The notes below the pieces were generated by a model, which saw only the letters and a program-made list of their open reading frames with translations, was not told the DNA's origin and did no database searches. DNA of 64,000 bases from an uncultured Candidatus Peribacteria bacterium (GTDB taxonomy: Bacteria; Patescibacteriota; Gracilibacteria; BD1-5; UBA6164), in assembly GCA_964470525.1 (NCBI GenBank), contig CAYYDE010000001.1, positions 128,447-192,446 on the forward strand, given 5' to 3'. Shown piece after piece: positions 58,681 to 64,000 of this stretch. Positions within the stretch are counted from its first letter, which is position 1, and each line of letters begins with the position of its first letter. The position numbers and the translations under genes are program-made.

Positions 58681-58712
58681 AAAATCTCAGAATAATTCTG
58701 AGATTTTTTATT
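58681..58712 (-). terminator. Terminator downstream of tRNA-Cys
   Basis: atctcagaa / ttctgagat stem with A/T flanks. Confidence 0.65.
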
Positions 58713-58717
58713 GTTTA

Positions 58718-58791
58718 TGGAGGTGCCTACCGGGTTCGAACCGGTGTGAAGGGTGTTGCAGACCCGTGTATAACCACTTTACTAAGGCACC
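58718..58791 (-). tRNA. tRNA-Cys (anticodon GCA), CCA encoded
   Basis: Minus strand GGTGCCTTAGTAAAGTGGTTATACACGGGTCTGCAACACCCTTCACACCGGTTCGAACCCGGTAGGCACCTCCA. Anticodon loop CTGCAAC, with U73 discriminator as in tRNA-Cys. Confidence 0.9.
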
Positions 58792-58859
58792 TAAAAATAT
58801 TTTATAGCTTGGTTATTATATAAAATATTTTTAAATATCAAACTTTTCTTGTGAAAACA

Positions 58860-59402
58860 TTATTTACAAGAAAAAGTTTTTGCAAATTCAATATATGGAT
58901 CCATATTTTTTGTATCTTGAGCAACAGCAATAGTTACCAAATGAGCTTGTGTTGATTTACATACTTTTCCAAATTGTACAAATTTTAGTGTAGGAGTTTG
59001 GAGATTGTATTTTGCTTCAAACACGTAAACAGTAGTACTATCTGTATCTGAAAAATCAATATTTTTACTATCAAGACGAACATATTCTAACGCTTCTCTC
59101 GAAGTTCCAACATTATTGAGAATTGAATAATCATTTGATGAAACAAGTTTTTGAGTATCTTGAGACAAGATCAAAATATTATTTAAAAATCAATATTTAA
59201 TATCACCTGAAGTTGCAGCAAAAGAAAGTTCTCAAGATTTTGGATTATATTCAGAAGTATTTTCAAGAACTACCCAATTTTCTGGAATAGAAATGCTATA
59301 CTGAGCTGTATCAACTTTTTGTAATCCTGCTGCTTTCTCTTCAGATCATCCACAAGAATATAAAAATAAACTTACCAAAAAAACAATACCTATACGTTTC
59401 AT
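58860..59402 (-). CDS. Putative lipoprotein (180 aa)
   Basis: ATG 59402, TAA 58860-58862. MKRIGIVFLVSLFLYSCGG is a lipobox-like signal. Fragment 58860-59174 is in the same frame. Confidence 0.6.
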
Positions 59403-59414
59403 AGTTACATATTA

Positions 59415-59753
59415 TTAGAAACTAAAACTTCCTTTTCCTACCAGAAAAGGTATATATAAAACCATTCACAACAACACTATTCCTCATAAAACAAGTTTTC
59501 TTTTCTTTTCATCAAGAGGAATATATTTTTCACAAAATAAAAAAATATACATTCCAAGCGATCACAAAAATGCTGCATACGAAATAGGAAGAAGTAAAAA
59601 TGCTATCTTCCCTCCAAACGCCATTCCTACAAACAAATAATTCAAAAAAAACAAAACACTCATTCAAATAAAAAATATTTGAGAACTCTCATATCTTTGT
59701 TGAGAAATCTGTGAGTTATTGCGTACATCTGAAATAATTTTTTTATAATCCAT
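59415..59753 (-). CDS. Small multi-TM membrane protein (112 aa)
   Basis: ATG 59753, TAA 59415-59417 (checked codon by codon). Hydrophobic segments FFIGMSVLFFLNYLFVGMAF and IAFLLLPISYAAFLGSLGMYIFLF. Confidence 0.55.
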
Positions 59754-59816
59754 ATTGATTTTTTTAAAATTATAGTATACTAGACAAAGAGTAATTACCA
59801 CATAATATAATTAAAA

Positions 59817-60104
59817 ATGTCTATAACACAAGAGCAAGTAAAAAATATTGCAAAAAAACTTGCAAAACTCAAATCAAAAAATGAGGAAAAACTCATGCAA
59901 AATATGAATTCTATCCTTAATTATATTGATTTACTTGAAGAAGTTGATACAACTGGTGTCATTCCAACTGTTTCTGTTATTCAAACGAATAATTCTCTCA
60001 GAAAAGATCTTCAATCACAAAAAATTTCACCAACACAACTTTTACATACTTCGAGACAAAAAATTATTGCAAACCAAATAGCTTTGTCTGATATTATGAA
60101 ATAA
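59817..60104 (+). CDS. gatC: Asp/Glu-tRNA(Asn/Gln) amidotransferase subunit C
   Basis: 95-aa ORF intact in both codes. ITQEQVKNIAKLAKL...ILNYIDLLEEVDTTGV matches the GatC pattern. Confidence 0.85.
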   Translation: MSITQEQVKNIAKKLAKLKSKNEEKLMQNMNSILNYIDLLEEVDTTGVIPTVSVIQTNNSLRKDLQSQKISPTQLLHTSRQKIIANQIALSDIMK

Positions 60105-60105
60105 T

Positions 60106-61158
60106 ATGCTTCAACAACTAAAAATAATTTGATTCAAATGAATTCAAAAAAAAGAAATTTTCTTTGAAAATGAAATCAATTGCATTATTTGAGAAAATGG
60201 AATTTGAAAAACCAATATTTTAGAAAGTATTGGGTTTTTGTTTTGAAGCAATCTTTTTCACCAAAATATTCAGGATTGCGTAAATACTCAAGAAAATATT
60301 TTTTTTATAGAATGAATATTTCGTTTTCAAAATATTACTCAAACTTTGAGTATCAGCTATGATAAAACGACAAAAAAGAAAAATATTCTCCTGAATGGAA
60401 AAAAAGCTACCAAACAACATATACGTCAACAAACTCCTGTAATCATTGCGTTTATGCCTCTTATGATGAATTTATTTTATTTATGACCAAAATATAGAAG
60501 AGATTTCTTGGATAATATGGTGCAAAAAAACTTTCCTGATTTTTTTGAAACACTCCAGCAATATGAAAAAATAGTAAAACATAGAAATAAAATTCTCAAA
60601 AATATTTCAGAACAACTTTCCAATCGTGATGAAATTACATTTTGGAATGAAGAACTCATAAAATATGCAAAAATTATTTATGAAAAAAGATTACATTGTA
60701 TCAACTTTATCAATGAATTTCTTCCAAAATATATTGAGATTTTTTCTATGAAAGTTCAAACTATTTCTTTGAAATATATTACAAAAACTCATCTTTGAAA
60801 TATAGAAAATTCCATGAGAACGTACTTAGAAAAAAATCTTGAACGTGATATTATTTTAGCAAAAACTCATATTTGACCTCATCTTGATGATTTTGATATT
60901 CTTTTAGATACTATCTGAATAGATACATATGCTTCTCGTTGAGAGACAAAAAGTATTATCATTGCACTCAAGCTCTTAGAACTCGATTATATAGAACATT
61001 TTTCTCAACAAGAAGCCATTTTCTTAATTGATGATTTAATGAGTGAATTAGATCAAAAACATAAAAACATTATTCTTCAATACCTCAAAGGTCATCAAGT
61101 TATTCTCACAAATATTCACGATATTCCTGATATACTTGGATTAAAAATATTTATTTAA
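60106..61158 (+). CDS. recF: DNA replication and repair protein RecF
   Basis: ATG 60106, TAA 61156-61158 (350 aa). Walker A GENGIGKTNILE, signature ASRGETKS and Walker B IFLIDDLMSELD. Confidence 0.9.
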
Positions 61159-61256
61159 TACTATAAAAAAATATTTTGTAAAGATAATTTTATTGTAAAT
61201 ATTTTAATTTCATGTTACAATAAAGCAGTACTTTTAAATGTATAATACAAATACCA

Positions 61257-62636
61257 ATGTTAAAAAATAAAATTCTTTCATTCATCGCAATCAACATCTG
61301 ACTTTGATTTGGTGTATTACATGCAAATATTGATAGTTTTGAAATCGATATTTCTCCAAAACAAGCAAAAGTTGGAGATGCTGTTGATCTAACAATAAAA
61401 GCACTTGATAGTAGCGGAAATGTGTTTAAAGAATATACTTGAGATATTCTTATATTCTCTGACTCTGATGTAAATGCTGAATTTCCATGAGTTCTTTCTG
61501 ATAATACTTACAAATTCAAAACCAGTGATCAAGGAACAGTAAAATTTGAAAATGCTGTACGATTTACAAAAAGTGGAAAACAATATATCAATGTATTTGA
61601 TGCAGTAATTGATGATGTGTTTGGAATTGGAGAAATAACTATCTGAACAACTGACGTAGCTCAAGCAGAAAATACAGAAATTACTATTGCAACACCAAGT
61701 AATGGAACAACTCTTTGAAGCTCAACAGTAAGACTCAGTGGAAAAACTCAAAGAAACCATGCTGTAAGTGTAAGCCTCAATCTTGATAAAACATTTGAAG
61801 CAATTAGTAATGCAGAATGAATGTTTGATGTAGAAATAACAGGACTTGAAGCTGGAGAAAATATTCTTATTGCAACAGTACTTGATGCTTCTGGAAAAGT
61901 AATTGGAACAAGTTCAGAAATAAAAGTAAATTTTGATGCAATGGTTCCTTCAATCCGTGCAATTAAAACAAATCCTGAAAATACCATTGAATCTGAAGCA
62001 GTTTTCACTATTGAAATAACTTCAAATCCATGACTCAGAACAGTACAAGTTATTCTTGATGATTTTGCACAAACTCTTCAAGAATGAGCAAGTGGAATTT
62101 ATACAGGACAACTCACTGCCCCAAAAACAGAATGAAATTATAAAATTGATGTAAAGCTTACAACTGAAATTGGAACAACAACGGAAATAAAAGCAGCCAA
62201 AGAAATACTTATTACACCAATAAGTCAAAATGCTGCAAATCCTGAAAATCCAGAACAATCTTGTGAAGATATAGCAAAAGATTTGGAAGTAAAAAATGCA
62301 AAAGTAACAAAAATGAAATCAAAATCAGTTATTACTTGGGATGCAACTCCAAAAGCTGGAAGTTATAATGTTTACAAAAAAAATAGAACTACTCAAGCTC
62401 TTGAACTTGTGGAAAATGTAAATCAACCAAGAATTGAAATCAATATAGTTGGTGATATAGTAGAATATGATGATTTTGTAATTAAAGCTGTTCTTGATGA
62501 TGGTCAATGTAATATAGAAAGTCCAAATAGTGCTGAAATGACAAAAGTTCAAACAGGACCAAAAGAAATGATTCTCCTTCTGATTGCTGTATGAATTGCT
62601 GCGTTCTTATTGAGAAGAAAAAATGTAAATGCATAA
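61257..62636 (+). CDS. Surface protein with Ig-like/FN3-like repeats and a C-terminal VQTGPKE + TM + basic-tail sorting signal
   Basis: ATG 61257, TAA 62634-62636 (459 aa). Signal peptide, beta-rich repeats, an FN3-like VITWDATPKAGSYNVYKK segment. The C-terminus is MTKVQTGPKEMILLLIAVGIAAFLLRRKNVNA. Confidence 0.75.
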
Positions 62637-62640
62637 AAAA

Positions 62641-62670
62641 TATAAAAAACTGCCTTCGGCAGTTTTTTAT
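62641..62670. terminator. Bidirectional terminator with UUCG loop
   Basis: aaaactgcc-ttcg-ggcagtttt. Confidence 0.75.
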
Positions 62671-63374
62671 ATTTTTCTTAACGATTCCCCTATAAATAAA
62701 CCTCAATTTTTTTTAATAATATCTAGAAATACTTGAGAGAGTTTCAAAGAAATAGGCTTTGATAATTCTTTCAAACGATTCAATGACATAATATATTTCA
62801 GTTCTCAAAGCTCATAAAATACTTCAACACGAAAATATGATGCATATTTTTTCACAGCTTTATTGAGTAAAGTCACATCTACTCATTCTTCCCTATCCAT
62901 CAAAGCAGCTTCAAATAAAGCAAGTTCTAATCATGCTATACGAAACAACACTCCATAAATCTCTGTTGAAATAGAGTGTTTCTTGAGACGAGCGAAAAGA
63001 TTTATTTTTTTCTGACTGAGTGTTGTTTGAGAAGTTTTAAAAATAATAGTATAATTTCCTATCATAACTTTTTTATTCACACTTCTATTGATAACTACTA
63101 TTTTCTCTGGGATTTCATAATTTTTCATATGAAATTCTAGAGATTTTTTTCATGCAATAAAATATTCACTTCCAACATTTTGAGTAATAAATTTTTTAAG
63201 AAAATGATAATAATATTTTTCCAATAAATCCAATTCATTGAGTTCTCTGTCTTCCACAAGAGGCACAATATACACTCCATTTCGAATGGCAATCAAATGT
63301 TTCTCACTTGTTAAACGATAAATAATTTTATTTACCTGAGTTTGATACTCAGATTTTTTTTCTGGATCTATCAT
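62667..63374 (-). CDS. AbiEi-like (type IV TA antitoxin family) wHTH protein, no adjacent AbiEii partner
   Basis: ATG 63374, TAA 62667-62669 (235 aa; tail checked codon by codon). NKIIYRLTSEKHLIAIRNGVYIV, then SEYFIAGKKSLEFH...PEKIVVIN, follows the AbiEi N-terminal pattern. Recognised by eye only. Confidence 0.45.
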
Positions 63375-63500
63375 TTCATATATTTCTTCTTTAAAAATAA
63401 CTTTTCATCATTTTTTTAACAGTTTACTTACAATTTTGTCAAAACTTAACATATCACTTTTTTCTCTTTAAATAGATAAAATCACTCTATAATATTTTTA

Positions 63501-63540
63501 TACTTTTTACTATAAAAATATATTACTTTTTACTATAAAA
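63501..63540. repeat. Two exact 17-nt direct repeats (tactttttactataaaa) with 23-nt period in the upstream region of the AbiEi-like gene
   Basis: Copies lie at 63501-63517 and 63524-63540. Confidence 0.9.
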
Positions 63541-63664
63541 TATAAATTATTTTATCCATTTTATTCAGAATTATTTATTTTGCAAATTTTTATTTCCTCT
63601 TCTAAAAGAGAAAAATCCCTTATGAAAAAATAGAAAAAGTTTTTAACATTTTAAAAAGTCAAAA

Positions 63665-63692
63665 TAAAAAACGCGTTTCACGCGTTTTTTAT
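63665..63692. terminator. Hairpin terminator after the glucosaminidase gene
   Basis: aacgcg / cgcgtt stem with loop tttca and A/T flanks. Confidence 0.6.
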
Positions 63693-64000
63693 TTTGACTC
63701 AGAAATTCTAAATTCATAATTATCAGGAATATATGTATCTTTTAATGCTGTCAAACAACGTACCATATTATTTTGCCAATTCAATGGTGAAGATGCATAA
63801 ATTGCTCATGTTTTATTTCCATAACGAGAAAGTTTACTCATTTGTTTATATTCTCATAAAAATCTATTATTTAATGTTCTTCACATCCAATATACTCATT
63901 GTCTTGCATTTTCAAAATCCCAAGTTGCTCACGAATCTGTATTTCCAATATTTCAGACATTATATGGAGTTTTTAAATTTCTTCCAAGACCTGTTTCAGA
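63689..64000 (-). CDS. Glucosaminidase (FlgJ/LytD-like) domain protein, C-terminal part; N-terminus beyond window
   Basis: Open with UGA=Gly from the window edge to TAA 63689-63691. SETGLGRNLKTPYNVGNIGNTDSGATWDFENARQGVYWMGRTLNNRFLG resembles the E-T-G..S....NN.FG glucosaminidase core. Confidence 0.55.

Noticed and set aside
63501-63540. Possible CRISPR array or iterons.
   Set aside because: There are only two 17-nt repeats with a 6-nt spacer. No further copies or cas genes are present, and no CRISPR-like array exists anywhere in the window.

Overview
This AT-rich bacterial chromosome segment is only interpretable if UGA is read as glycine (translation table 25). The supplied standard-code ORF track is broken into short same-frame pieces that abut at TGA. 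TGA also sits at invariant Gly positions of Tgt, RadA, RecG, PilB, GlmS and others. This points to a Candidate Phyla Radiation genome of the Gracilibacteria/Absconditabacteria (BD1-5/SR1) type. Re-reading both strands by eye with TAA/TAG as the only stops, I can support 61 CDS, 6 tRNA genes and many hairpin terminators. I found no rRNA, CRISPR array, transposase or integrase. Housekeeping genes: rseP, tgt, recG, tsaC, rnr, radA, ugd, htrA, glmS, greA, nusG, secE, galU, recJ, hisS, rplU, lexA, gatC, recF. There is a roughly 14 kb surface-glycan locus (2.9-16.9 kb) with two GT4, two GT2, galE, an FkbM methyltransferase, a flippase, a giant membrane protein and an unusual mutarotase/ATP-grasp/amidotransferase trio. 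Type IV pilus genes are dispersed (pilin, pilB, pilT, a minor-pilin-like gene). There are cell-wall hydrolases (M23+SLH, LysM+CHAP, glucosaminidase). Two surface proteins share a C-terminal QTGPKE + TM + basic-tail sorting signal. The most unusual stretch is a tRNA-rich accessory islet at 44.96-50.84 kb. It holds a tRNA-Gln with a 27-nt duplicated 3' end and a degenerate tRNA-like remnant, a UGA-free 76-aa ORF, two candidate structured RNAs, and a tRNA-Arg whose anticodon loop lacks U33. It also holds my best candidate for an undescribed system: a protein-kinase-fold protein with a Gly-zipper N-terminal half, followed 2 nt later by a small partner gene. That kinase-like ORF has an in-frame TAA six codons after its only ATG. 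glmS carries a 1-nt frameshift before its conserved C-terminus. All protein calls rest on motifs recognised by eye, because no database search could be run.
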